From NCBI GenBank assembly GCA_051362555.1, contig CM120647.1:18948651-19012650 (forward strand): 64,000 bases of DNA. The letters are read 5' to 3'. This DNA comes from Lingula anatina (Eukaryota; Animalia; Brachiopoda). The notes beneath the pieces are model-generated. The model did not search any database. It saw nothing but the letters and a program-made list of their open reading frames with translations, and was not told the origin of the DNA. Both the position numbers and the translations under genes were made by a program. Below are positions 14,848 through 27,461 of the stretch, one piece after another (positions within the stretch are counted from its first letter, which is position 1; each line of letters begins with the position of its first letter).

Positions 14848-14903
<56 letters not shown>
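14848..14903. repeat. (TA)n microsatellite; a second run at ~15044-15104
   Basis: Pure dinucleotide runs, much shorter or absent in the paralogous unit at ~7550-7670. Confidence 0.9.
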
Positions 14904-14907
<4 letters not shown>

Positions 14908-15039
14908 AATAAATGAATCACTAAAAATGGCATCACACCACTAAAATAAAACACCAATTGTCTTATAAAAAGAATAAAATAATGCCGATGATACCGGGGT
15001 CATATATGTAGCAGTTTCTCTACTTGGTTTGCTTTATAC

Positions 15040-15107
<68 letters not shown>

Positions 15108-15841
15108 ACTTACACTTAAAACATTTATCTATATGTAATTTTTTTTTCATTTTTTGTAGGGGAAATTCAATGTATCCGTAAATTTCAACAGCGCCATTTC
15201 ATTAATTGAACTGTCTTGTCAATATGGTGATTTACAAAAGTGTACGGGTGTATATCTCACTTCACTGATGCCATTATGATACTTTCAAAAAGGGGATGAC
15301 GCAAAAGAAGAGTTGGGGTGTGGGGACGGGTTTAGATTATATCCCCTTCGCAAGGAATGATTAAATATGATAATCTCATCATTACATGTGTTACCACCTC
15401 AACTAGCAGATAATTCTGTCTAATAAATTAGGTGCTGATATTTAAGTACGACTGAATTCTGGCAGTCGAGATTCCTATCGGTCCAGGACCTTGTATATTT
15501 AAGGTGCGCGCGTGTTAGTATTTGTGTGCGCACGCGGAGGAGGGGGGCATTGAGCAAAAAATAGTTTAGCGTTGAGAAATCTTTCCCCCTGCTCGCTGCG
15601 CAACTGTGGCAAAACGTGGGAGGGAGGGCTTTCCTCAATACCGTCTCTTGCCGCGATATGCAGAGCTTTTCTGTGAGCTGTCCGAATTGCTTCGCTCGTT
15701 ACCACCACTTTTTATGCCAGAAATGTTCGGCACAAGTCACTATTATGAGATAAAGCACACAACATATCCTTCCTTATCTTGGAACTTTCATGTTATCCAT
15801 ATTGCAGATTCACTCAACCCCAAAAGACACACACACACACG

Positions 15842-15895
<54 letters not shown>

Positions 15896-16386
15896 CTTAC
15901 ATGCACCCAACTTTTGGCCATGACTGATCGCCCCTTCTTTTCCCAAGTATCTGTATAAGAAGCCAACACAAACCCAAGCAATGTCCATCCCTGTATTCCG
16001 CGTAATACAGTTACATTTCACTTGTCTACTCTGTTTATATTTTCCTAACGAAACGTGGCACATTTTATACCTCTATTTTATAATCACTGTGCCCCCAACT
16101 TAACCAAAATCTGGATCCAACAGAATCCAGAAAAATGTGTAAAAAATGACAAAATACGAGAATGATCTTTATAAGCAATACACTGGTCCTTTGGGCGGGA
16201 AGTCCAACCAGATTAAGGCCCATGATAAAGACTGTACTTTATTTGCCTGTTCTGTTTGTGTAAAATATGACTGTTTTGGTTGATTCCAACTAGCGAAAAA
16301 TTCTAGTTTAACCATCGAATAAACATTTTAGAGTTATTAGAAGAAAAATAATTTTTCTATGCTGTTTCAGAACCTAAACTTCTTAC

Positions 16387-16447
16387 CTTTCAGAGTAATT
16401 CCCACGACGAGCATCGAGAATATCACAGAGCACCCAGAGGACGACAT
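16387..16447 (-). CDS. Candidate signal-peptide first exon, copy 3 (adjacent to unique upstream sequence)
   Basis: Same peptide and donor as copies 1 and 2. Confidence 0.4.
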
Positions 16448-17144
16448 TTTCGTAGCGTCCCACAGACATCAGTGAAAGTCACAATACGGTTCACCTGTTT
16501 AAACCTTAGAGGTATTTACAGACGTCACATGAAAGCAGCTTTGCATGTACTTGTTTACTGTCAAAGGAAAATAGATCGATACATCGCGATGGGGCACCTT
16601 CAAATTACGGTCATGCACTTCGATCCTAATAACGTTAATTATGCCTCAAAAGCGTAGAGTGTAATGTGTATTTACGGTACCAATCTTTCCTTAACTATAA
16701 TAGCTAAAGGTAATCCACCGGATACCCGTTGCGAGCATGCCAAGCGGATTGAAATCAGCACTTTGTGAGCCTTGCAAAGCGTCATCCAGATAGTTCTACC
16801 AGAAAAAAGTGTGAATGTGTCCACATTTATTGACACCTGGTCCAGTAAAACTGCTCACTCGATATCTGCACATTGTTAGTGCTTTTTACCGTTCATCGAC
16901 CGGTAACCACTGTCCCTTTATTTCGGATGCATAAAGCATATCGGCTTGGATGGGCTTATCGAATTATTTCACTTTGTCAAAATAGATTCGTTTTTTTATC
17001 AATTTGCCGGAATGAGACATTAAGAGACCACCTGTTTTGTTTTGTCACTAACGATTTTTCAATCGATTATCAAACAAACCTCTGTGTGACTTGAAAAAAA
17101 AACTAACGGAGTGTTTATACTGAAATTAAACGAGGAATGCTTAA

Positions 17145-17472
17145 AGGGATAATAACTCTTCATCTGAAATCAATAAAAACATTGTGAATAACTCATAGAA
17201 ATATAATATATTCTGTTGTACCACAAAAAAGGGCAGTTATAGCTATTTTTCTGATATCTAAGCTTGTCTTTAGACGACGTAACCTCCATTGATGGCTATA
17301 CTCTGTTAAAATCTCTTAAGAGATTTTAACAAAAAAACGAACTTTTCAGAAAAAAACCAGGGACTAACTTTGAATGTAAAAATGGATTCATTGACCATTG
17401 GTTAGTATGAGAAAATTGTTGTTCACTCCAGGAAAATTCATTTTTTGGCCGAAATGAAGAGTTATTATCACT
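17145..17472. mobile_element. TTAA-targeting MITE, Kolobok-like
   Basis: TIRs AGGGATAATAACTCTTCAT / ATGAAGAGTTATTATCACT (18/19 match) with TTAA at 17141-44 and 17473-76. Absent from the duplicate copy (gaatgctttagcactgg, ~19305-19322). AG termini plus a TTAA TSD fit Kolobok rather than piggyBac. Confidence 0.85.
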
Positions 17473-20328
17473 TTAAGCACTGGATATTGTGTACGTTCGT
17501 TTGGAAGAGGTTCTGAACATTTGGCAGATGTTCGTTTTTAAAATGTGTTGTCAAGTAAATGTTCACGACATTCCTGGATAAGCAAAGAGGTCGTTCACCT
17601 ACATGTATATATATCATTCTTACGTCATGATTAATTCATTTCTATGCATCTCCTATTTGAATTATCGACCTGTGTGATTTTCGATCATTGATCTTCTTGA
17701 CTCATAATTTCAGACATAGCTTTTGCCTAGTATATTGATTATTACCGACACTTCGTTATTCTTACATGGAATTATGAGGTCTATAGAGTCTTAAGCTAAT
17801 CAATTGTTGTTACCTGTGTAATGGTAGTAATTGACAGCCACAAGTGAAGTGTTTTGAGGTGGTTGACATAACCTCGTCGTACTTAAGCGGAGGGTGTAAT
17901 ATAAACGAGAGAGAACCATGTAAGCGGTTGTAGGGAGAGCAATGTACTGCGGGAGGTTGATAGGGAGAGGAAGAAATTGTAGCTAAGGTAGTTAGGAAGT
18001 GACATTAAAAATATGAAGGAACATGAATGTTGTTTAGTTCTTACCTCGCGTAAAGTCAATACCTTCGTCACACCTGATCTAATGCATTGAAACGAAAGGC
18101 AAATAATAAACGTAAAGAAATCATTAGCATTGTAATTGTTCATAGTCAACAATGACGGGTAAATGACGCATGTATCAGCACGTGTACAAATGTAACAGCT
18201 TCCCAGTGGCTGAATGAGGCTAGGGGGCGTTCACAGTGGACCAAAAATACCTCCACTTACTCCACTCAAATCCTGATTCTTGGTGTTTGTTCAACTGTAA
18301 GGGCACATCGATGTAACAAATTTATTCAAAACGAACCATATATGCTAGAAGATTAATTTTCTAGTATGGTGATTGACATTCATCTATTTTTTAGGTTCAG
18401 TACTATTACTTCTTCTACTACTACTAATACTACTCAATAATAACAGCAACAACAATAACAACAACAGCAGCAACAACAATAATAATAATAATAATAATTA
18501 GTTTGCAACTGGCTCTTCAGCCAGTGGCGAAGGATTTTCCTGCAAATGACCTTTGAACTTGAAGGCAATGGGCACTTACAAGGTCATGCGAAGCTCACGG
18601 GTTAAATTTGACCCCATATTCTGAAAGAGCATGTGCGAATTGGGGGGGGGGGGGGGTCAACAAAACATCACTTTTAACTACAGTCAATATTTATCCATGA
18701 AATGGCCAAATGACCATTTTTTAATTTTGGTTTTTGTTGAAAGCCATCTACCGTGTATGGAGGTTATGTGATCCGATGGCAAGCATTGATTTCAGAACAA
18801 TTGCCAAAACCGCTGTTTTGGTTGTAAAATATAATTTATTATATTTCGTTGAGTTTTTTTTTACAATTTTTATATTGTAAATTATGGATCTCATACGAAG
18901 AGTTGTTATCCCTTCAAGGCAGAGATGACTTTAGGCTAGCTTGCAAAGCGTAAATCAGATAGTTATGCCCGAAAAAAAAAGTGTGAATGTGTCCACATTA
19001 ATTGACACCTGATCCAGTAAAACTGCTCATTCGATATTTGGCACATTGTTAGTGCTTTTTACCGTCTATCGACCGGTAATTCTACTGTCCCTTTATTTCG
19101 GTTGCATAAAGCATATCTGCTTGGATGGGCATATATCGAACTATTTCCCTTTGTCAAAATAGATTTTTTTATCAACTTGCCAGAATGAGACATTAATGGG
19201 ACCACCTGTCTGGTGTTGTCACTAACGATTTTTCAATCGATTATCAAACAAACCTCTGTAAGAGTTGAAAAAAATAACTAAGTGTTTATACTGAAATTAA
19301 ACGAGGAATGCTTTAGCACTGGATATAGTGTACCTGTACGTTCGTTTGGGAGAGGATCTAAACATTTGGCAGATGTTCGTTTTTAAAATGTGTTGTCAAG
19401 TAAATGTTCACGACATTCCTGGATAAGCAAAGAGGTAGTTCACCTACATGTGTATATCATCCTTACGTCACGATTAATTCATTTCTATGCATCTCCTATT
19501 TGAATTATCGACCTGTGTGATTTTCGGTCATTGATCTTCTTGACTCATAATTTCAGACATAGCTTTTGCCTAGTTTATTGATTATTACCGACACTTCGTT
19601 ATTCTTACATGGAATTATGAGGTCTATAGAGTCTTATGCTAATCAATTGTTGTTACCTGTGTAATGTTAGTAATTGACAGCCACAAGCGAAGTGTTTTGT
19701 AGAGTAACTGAGGTGGTTGACATGACCTAGTCGTACTTAATTAAGCGGAGGATGTAATGTAAACGAGAGAGAACCATGTAAGATGTTGTAAGGAGGGCAA
19801 TGTACTGTAGGAGGATGTAATGTAAACGAGAGAGAACCATGTAAGATGTTGTAGGGAGAGCAATGTACTGTAGGAGGTTGAGAGGGAGAGAAAGAAATTG
19901 TAGCTAAGGTAGCTAGGAAGTGACAATAAAGAATATGAAGGAACGTGAATGTTGTTTAATTCTTACCCTTGTGTAATCAGAAACATAAAGTCAATACCTT
20001 CACCACACCTGATCTAATTAAAACGAAAGGCAAATAATAAACGTAAAGAAATCATTAGCATTGTAATTGTTCATAGTCAACAATGACGGGTAAATGACGC
20101 ATGCATCAGCACGTGTACAAATATAACTGCTTCTCAGTGGCTGAATGAGGTTGGGGGGGGGGGGGTCACAGTGGACCAAAAATACCTCCACTTACTGAGC
20201 AAAATCCTGATTCTTGGTGTTTGTTCAACTGTAAGGGCACATCGATGTAACAAATCTATTCAAATCCAATCATATATACTGGAAGATTATTTTACTAGGA
20301 TGGTGATTGGCAGTCATCTAATTTTTTG

Positions 20329-20550
20329 GATCGATCCATCTCCGAGGGGTTCTTCGCTAAATTGCGTTCAGCTTAAGCGGCTTAGCTGTCTGGCAAACCT
20401 ACTGAAGCTGCTAAACGAAAATTAATTTCCTCTAACAGCTTCAGTTGGCATGTAGGACATCTAAGCCATTCAAGCTGATAGGAATTTAGCGAGAATCCCC
20501 TTGGAGATAGATCGATCCACAGTTAGTACGATATAGTCTCTGGGAATGGT
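20329..20550. mobile_element. Truncated palindromic MITE related to the 1344/24692 family
   Basis: Imperfect inverted repeat gatcgatccatctccgaggggttcttcgctaaat ... atttagcgagaatccccttggagatagatcgatc, with right end ctctgggaatggtc. Confidence 0.6.
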
Positions 20551-21545
20551 CACAAGGACGGACGACTACCAGACTGTCGACAGAGAGAACATGCTCGGTG
20601 CTACCTGACGTGACCGGTGTTACAAAGAGCCCATGACCCTCCCCTTAATTATACTGGTTAAGGCTAGCGTGACGTGAGTGGGTCAAAATCTAGGGCGAAG
20701 CTTTCCTGTGCAAATAAATGGCAACCAAATCCACGGAGGACGCTCTGTCACGTCACGCCGGATTCCCATTTTCTGGTTGTTATTTTATTTTTAAGCGAAA
20801 GTACATATTCTTAAAATCAATAAAATCCATACCACTTTATCTTTCTTGGTAGGCCTATGCCTGTCGTGTTTTACCCACTAGAAGAGTAATGCTAGCAAAT
20901 GGAGGGGTTATATACCGGCAGTGACGTCACTGACTGATCGCTCAGTCACTGACATTATGCCTTACAATGCGGTGTTAAATGCCTTTAAACTTTTACGTCG
21001 AGTTAACCTCTCACAGAAAGCATTAAATGACAGAATATTGGAACACATTATCATGGACATTTGTACGATGTTAATTTGTAAAATTCACCTTCTAGTATCG
21101 ATTGTACTATTTTTAAACGATGATTTAAAAGTCGCTATACATATGTAATGCTTAATGAATACGTTCCGAAATTCAAAGTTATTTCCCCTATTTAATTTTG
21201 GTTTTTGGAGGAAGCCATCCACCGTGTGTGGAGGTCATTTGATCCGATGGCAGGCAATGATTTCAGAATAATTGCCAAAACAGCTGTTTTGGTTGTTAAA
21301 TATAATTTATTATTTATAATTTATTGTTTACAACGTGTGCGTTGTAAATTATGTATCCCATACGAAGAGTTGTTATCCTTTCAAGGCAGAGATGACTTTA
21401 GACAAGCTACAATTCCATTTTGACTCGGCAACGATCTGACACTGCGACATGAATTCAACCCAAAGGACTGTGACGCAATTTAGATCCTTTGGAGAATGAA
21501 GTTCATATGCGTACGCTCACGGTGCACTATTTCCCTCATTACTTT

Positions 21546-24496
21546 TTACTCTGGTATGACGCCTTCAAACTGTGGGCCGTTTCTTCCGTGTCGTTCGGGT
21601 CCTATCGCAGCATAACCGCCATCTACCGGGAGATCGGAGCCGGTGATGAAGGAAGCGTCTCTGCTGCAGAGGAAGGCAACGGCTGCGGCAACTTCTGAAG
21701 GTTCGCCGTTGCGATTCAGCATATGGCAGCACTTTAACCACTCATCTAAGCCAGGATCTATTCTCGAAAATGCCACCAGCTGAAATTGGAATTTCAGTAG
21801 TACTGAATTAATCTGAAAATAAGTATGAACAAAGGATGCCTATACTTATCTACATGTATGCTTTAGCTATCGCAAATATAATTATAGTATTCTCAAAAGC
21901 AGAGTATTTTCTTGAATAATAATAATAATAATTCCATATTTTGGTGGACTTTGTTAAGTCTTACTGCTTATTAAAAAAGCATCAACATTACGGAAAATGA
22001 CATAAAATGAACAATATTATCAAAAAAAAAAATTAAATAATAATGTCAAAATTGTTTATATGAAACTTATTTAACATTTCGCAACTTTCTTTTAAAACGT
22101 GATATTTGAAAATATATTTCCACATCTTGACATGTCTCGATGCTTGATTTGTTTAAAGTTCGCCTTTGATCAGCCGGTGCATTATAAGAAGTGTTAAGCG
22201 TACCGCAGGCGTTTTTATCGACCCGGGTGTTATCGAGTTCACTCGTATTCCGTCTTTGGCAAGGTCCAGTGCCATACACCTGGTCATCTGAAGGACGGCG
22301 GCTTTAGAGGCACTGTAAGTCCAGCGGTCAGTCTGGGCTAGGTGACTGGAAACACTGGCCATGTTCACGATGGCCCGTATGCCTACTTTGGCTGAATAAA
22401 TAAATAAATGAATAAATAAATAAATAAATAAATAAAATAATAATAATTAATACAGTTTGACATCTATGCAGTATTCAGAGATTTTAAGGCTGTATCCTGG
22501 GTGTCTGAAATACCATCCATATTTGAAAATATCCCAAAGTCATATACATTTACATGTAAAAGGCAAAACCCGTCAAAGAACTACAAGGCACTGACAGAGT
22601 TGAGACCTCTGTCAAGGCAAGCTAATTCTCATTATTATTAGTTTTAATTAAATTCATTAATCAAACCACACGTGAAGTAGCTGCGTTTGAAAATGTCCTA
22701 AAGTCATTTTTTACAGTACGTCTGTATGTCCTATAAAGAAAAAATAAATATAAATATATATAAATAAATATAGAAAAATCAAATAAAGCTACCCATAATT
22801 CCGAATTCAGATTTAAAAACAATTAAACAATTAAAAATACTTACATATTTAATTCTAAAATGAAAAAAAAAAAAAAAAAAAACACGACAAAGACGTTGAA
22901 ATAAAAATTTTAAACTGAATTATATAATCAAAAGAGTATAAAACATCGAATCCAAGTGCAATGATTCGTCACTAGGAGCTTTTGTTTCGAAAAATAAAAA
23001 GAAAAATATTCGACTTGGAGAATCTGGGATAGGATACAATTAGGTCGAATGTATTTGGTTTTTTGAATTGGCTAAAGCGCATACAGTCTTAATTTTGATA
23101 TTGTAAACTGTTATTTATTTATTTATTTATTGACAAAACACATCGCAAATACCTGACAATACAAACAAAGGGACAACTCAATCACGCTCTCACGCTGAAG
23201 AGAAAATGTGTTATGCTATGACACTTTAAATTATTCGTACGCTAAAAATTCAGGTTAAAATAAAATAGTTGTAATTGATATTATAAACTCTTGGTGACAT
23301 ATACTAGTACTGTAGTTTTGCAACCATTAAATCAGAGAGACCGACTGTTTCTTTATTGCAACAAAACATATATAACGAAACGAATTAATAAATAAATGAA
23401 AATAAACTGTGTCAAACCGTTTTAAAAATAATTTGGCATCATTTTTTTGCAAGAAGTTGTTGAGCGATATTCAACTGTCTTTCACAAGTCCCAGTGAACA
23501 TTTACCAGTTCCAATAAAATTCAATCCGGTGTAACGTGAAAGAGAGTCCCCCATGATAGATAGTCAGGTTCCCGTTCATTTGTACAGGTAAGCCTCGCTC
23601 CACATGTAGATTTCAACCCACTTAGGTCAGGCTAACTCTAACCATTGCAACTGAACAGGGGGCGGACTTTCTGTAACGCGGGACCCTCACTTTCTTTACA
23701 CCGGTTAAACGTGTCGGCTGCGTGCGATAACTCACTCACGCATGCGCACCAGCCAGGTTGCCGGACTCTCAAACTGGAGCGGTACACATAATTTTACCGC
23801 TCGATGCAAATGAGACCTACCTTTTTTCAAGTGAGGAACACAAGCTTGAACCATGTTAGAGTATCCTTCCACGTTGATGCTCAGAGCCTTCCTCCAGTCG
23901 GACGGCGTGGCATCCAGACCTGGGAAACAGATTGCCTGTTAGTTAACATTCTCTCTCTGTTTTTCTCCACGTCCCTCCCTTTATATTAGTACATGCTATA
24001 ATACCAGTCGAACGGTGAGATGGAAGGCAAGCTGCAGAGTAAGCACCAAAAGAGCTGGGGACATATTATACCAATGCACACACATTAGAATGACCTTTTC
24101 TATAATAAAGATCAATAGTCTTACTAAGAAGTAAAGTCCGTTTCCGACTACTCCTATCGTACCTTTAAATAGGAAAGTTGCAGCACAGTTGACCAAATAG
24201 TTGATGCAGCCGCCATGTTTGCTGGCAATGTCATCCACTGCATGGAAACACGCATCTCTGTCAGCGACATCAACGTGGTAATATATAGCGTCAGACCCCA
24301 CCCCTTTTAGCTCTGCCTCGAGCTGTTCCCCCGCATCGCGATTGACGTCTAGAAACGCCACAATTGCCCCGTCACTCACAAGTCGTTTAACACACGCTCT
24401 ACCTATGCCAGACGCTCCCCCGGTCACTACGGCAATGTGGCCGTCGAATCTCCTCTTGGTGTAAATTGCGTCTAACTTGGGTTGTGGAGGTTCCAT
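21546..24496 (-). CDS. Classical short-chain dehydrogenase/reductase (SDR), 4 exons, 284 aa
   Basis: Exons 24496-24163, 23919-23821, 22391-22204 and 21779-21546. All introns are GT-AG with phases 1/1/0, total 855 nt. Motifs: [12 protein letters not shown], catalytic S and [28 protein letters not shown]. Confidence 0.95.
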
Positions 24497-24691
24497 GTTG
24501 AGACGTTATAGATATTGTGGCCCACATAAGGTCCCCAGCGAATAAATTTGGATTAGGTCAGCGATTTGGCTGGCTAAAGTAAACAAATACCGCTAAGTTG
24601 AGATATCTACAGTAGGTTACATAACTGACACCATTCAATCGGCGGATTCACATGGGCATACTGAATAGCATGCCAAGGATTCCCACTCTAA

Positions 24692-24917
24692 GGGTGCTTT
24701 CCCAGAGATTAAGATCGATCTAAAGATTAAGATTTAGATCGACCTAACTCCCTGGGGGTTCACGCTAAATTGCAGTCAGCCGAGCGGGCACCATAGTTAA
24801 TTACCCCCTTACAGCTTTTAGTAGGCGGGACAGACGCTTAAGCCGGCCAAGCTGACAGTAATCTAGTGAGACTCCCCACAGGGATAGATCGATCTAAAAA
24901 TCTATGGAAATGGGGTG
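24692..24917. mobile_element. PIF/Harbinger-type MITE ~195 bp upstream of the SDR start codon
   Basis: TAA TSD at 24689-91 and 24918-20. Reverse-complement homolog of 1344-1558. Confidence 0.85.
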
Positions 24918-25813
24918 TAAAGCGAACAAATCTGCCATCATTTCCCTATTTTAACTTATTGTTAGTTTTTCTTCGCGCCTCTTTTATCAAAACTGTTTTA
25001 CCAGTTTTCTGGTTATAGCAAGGAAGACTAGTATTGATGCGTTATTTGGGGCAGTGGGATGTTGCGATATCAGATATTTGATGCGATATCAAATTCGTCA
25101 TGTGAAAAGGGGGTGTTTAATGAGACACCAGATTAAATGGAATTCTTATACAAATTTATTATATATGGATGGGTTTAGAAGTTACTGTCATGATGTATGA
25201 AAAGGAGTGGAGACATAAGAATGATGTTCCTATTAAATACGCTAACCTAATTCGCAATAGCCCAAAGTTATACCATCTTAGTCATATCTTTAAAAATTTG
25301 CTTCCAGCTTTAAATATTTATGCTCGTATCCCTTTGTTTAATGTGTTTTTTTATTGTCAAATCGTGATGCTTTTCAACTGCAAAGTGCGTTTGGTGTGCA
25401 CAGTATATTGCAAATCAATCGGTTGATATTAGTTCATACTCTTATTTGCCTGGCATTGATTTGTGGCAAGCAGGTTTAATATTAGGAATGGATAGTTTGC
25501 ATTTGATTATGCCTGTTGAACTGCGTTTTGCTGATAGCGGCCAATGTGTTCTATATGCGTCAAGAGGCCGTTTGGGGTGGTGAAAGGACCTGATTGCGGT
25601 TCTGTCCTTTCAGAAAAGTCAGTCAATTTTTTTTATCCCTGGATGGAAAGGTTTATAATTTTTGGAAATTAGAAAAAGAAACTAAACTCGGAGTTTCTTT
25701 GCAGGAAGATGAGCAGGTGTTACACCGCTGGAAAACAAAAATCACAAAGGAAATGGACATAATGTACTTCCATTTCCATGGAAGAATTGTTGTACTAACT
25801 TTATAGACAGTAA

Positions 25814-26888
25814 AGCCACGGTCACAACCGGACGCACGGATTTTAGGATCTTACGTCCTTTGCGAATTTTGCGTGCAGTAGAAGCCGTGGAGGTCGTAGA
25901 GGTAGACGAAAGTCTGCCTTGCGAGTTGCAAGGGCCAAATGAGACGTCCTTTCAAACAGGAACACTAATTGCAAGGTGCAGGGGCCGTGGAAATTGTACT
26001 CATTTCTTGAGCTTGTCTTGCTCCCTGCGTACGTGGCACGCACTCACCACTATTGAAGAGAAAGCAACGCACGGCGAAAGTAGTTCCATTTTGTTTCACA
26101 CTTGCCTCACACACTTGTGATGACGTACTAACCGCGTACTGTACGCCAGTTTTGCTACTGTTCTCCCATTCTTTCTTCTTTTTTCTCCCTTCTTTCCTGC
26201 TCTCTAAGGTTTTTTCTTGTCTTTTGGAGACATATTAGAAGCTGAATTAAGCAAAATTCGAAATTTTTGAAAATTGTTGCACAGGTTGCACGATCTTCTT
26301 TAATTTTCGAGACACTACCGTGCGTCGTGAGAACACCTTTTATTCTCCTGGCGCAGGGGTGACGCGCGTGCGACACACTTCCGAGGCGCTTTTGACTTTG
26401 ATTGTTAGTTGTGAGGGTGTGCGCCGTACTGAACAAGCAAAAGACACTTGTTCCTTCATTGCTTGCGACGTGTGTCTTGGACCACGCACGTCTCACTTGC
26501 GAACGGGGCCGTAGCGATAGTCCGAAGGTTCAGTAGTCCGAAGGTTCATTGGTCCGAATGTTCACTATAGAACCTTCGGACCAATGAACCCTTGATTAAA
26601 AAATCGACGAAAATGTTACCACTTTTCGGACCAATGAACCTTCGGACTATCGAGACACCCCCCTTGCGAACTCCTTGCGAGTGAAGCAATTATGTACGTT
26701 TGCGGCCTCGCTGTTCGCAGATTATTCGTAGAATCTTTTGTACATGTCCAACATCCTCCGTACGTGCATACGGGCTGTCTGCGAACTCCAAATTTCGCAA
26801 GAGAGACTTGCGTTGCACGTGAGATTCTGAGCAAAATTTGGACGCAAACAGGCCGTAAGAGCCCGTACGGCCGGTTGTGACCGAGGCT
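25814..26888. mobile_element. Non-autonomous PIF/Harbinger-like DNA transposon (1075 bp) inserted in the BEL/Pao fossil
   Basis: TIRs AGCCACGGTCACAACCGGACGCACGG / CCGTACGGCCGGTTGTGACCGAGGCT with TAA TSD at 25811-13 and 26889-91. Removing the element rejoins the Pao reading frame. Confidence 0.9.
26505..26662. mobile_element. 158-bp foldback/MULE-like MITE nested in the Harbinger-like element
   Basis: Exact 9-bp TSD CTTGCGAAC at 26496-26504 and 26663-26671. The inverted arms are built of 15-bp subrepeats (gtccgaaggttca..). Confidence 0.85.
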
Positions 26889-27461
26889 TAAGCTGGTACA
26901 TGTAGCTTTTCATCGTTCACATGGTCTCGAACGCAGGCTAGTGAAAACCAATCTCTATTGGAAATACGATGACTATGTGGAAATGTTGATATCTGACGGT
27001 TACGCTGAAAGAGTATCTGATGATGAAATAGGAGATGTCCGGGATAGCCTATTTTGAACATCTGCGCAGCAGATGACGTCAAACGAGACCTGGATTGGAG
27101 CGAGATTTCACGAGAGGTGGGGTTAAAATCTGCCATTGAAACTTCTCTCGCGGTCAGGCACAAGTCTATGTTTTAGGATTGCATTGAGTAAAATTTGGCG
27201 TTGTCATGTAATTTGAGATAGAGCAACGCAATGGCGAATTGCTAATGTTGTGTCGTAGGGTGCATTGCAGATAAAGTAAAGCGAGAAAACCAGGAAAATG
27301 ACTATGGATGACGGACACGACTGGCGAGAGAAGTGAAGTGAAGAAAGAGAAGTTGGGCTTGATTGGATCAAAAGGACTAAATGCCGAAATATTTAAAGTA
27401 CAGATCAGGTCGCAGTATTTTGTAGAAAGAAAGGGACCAACTGCAGACAACTCGCACCCTG

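Larger units (their letters stand above)
1..16653. repeat. Higher-order tandem array of ~6-kb macro-units built from diverged ~350-390-bp satellite monomers
   Basis: The unit junction gcctcaaaagc recurs at ~3278, ~9238 and ~16653 (spacing 5960 and 7415 bp, the latter including a 1.66-kb insertion). Monomer starts (ttaac..agatcaaggccatt-type) fall at ~4420, 4813, 5161, 5541, 5894, 6291 and 6671. Shared motifs include aaaccagacttaggcctacatttctcaaact and ggaacacaag..gtgtctaaatatttgtag. Confidence 0.95.
16770..21410. repeat. Non-coding direct tandem duplication
   Basis: ~16770-18390 aligns with ~18940-20327, and ~18720-18940 aligns with ~21192-21408. Copy-specific indels include a MITE in copy 1 and a 63-bp internal duplication at 19748-19873 in copy 2. 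Confidence 0.92.

Noticed and set aside
26516-26650. Regularly spaced gtccgaaggttca repeats resembling a CRISPR array
   Set aside because: There are no unique spacers, the repeats are inverted about a centre and bounded by a 9-bp TSD, and the context is eukaryotic.
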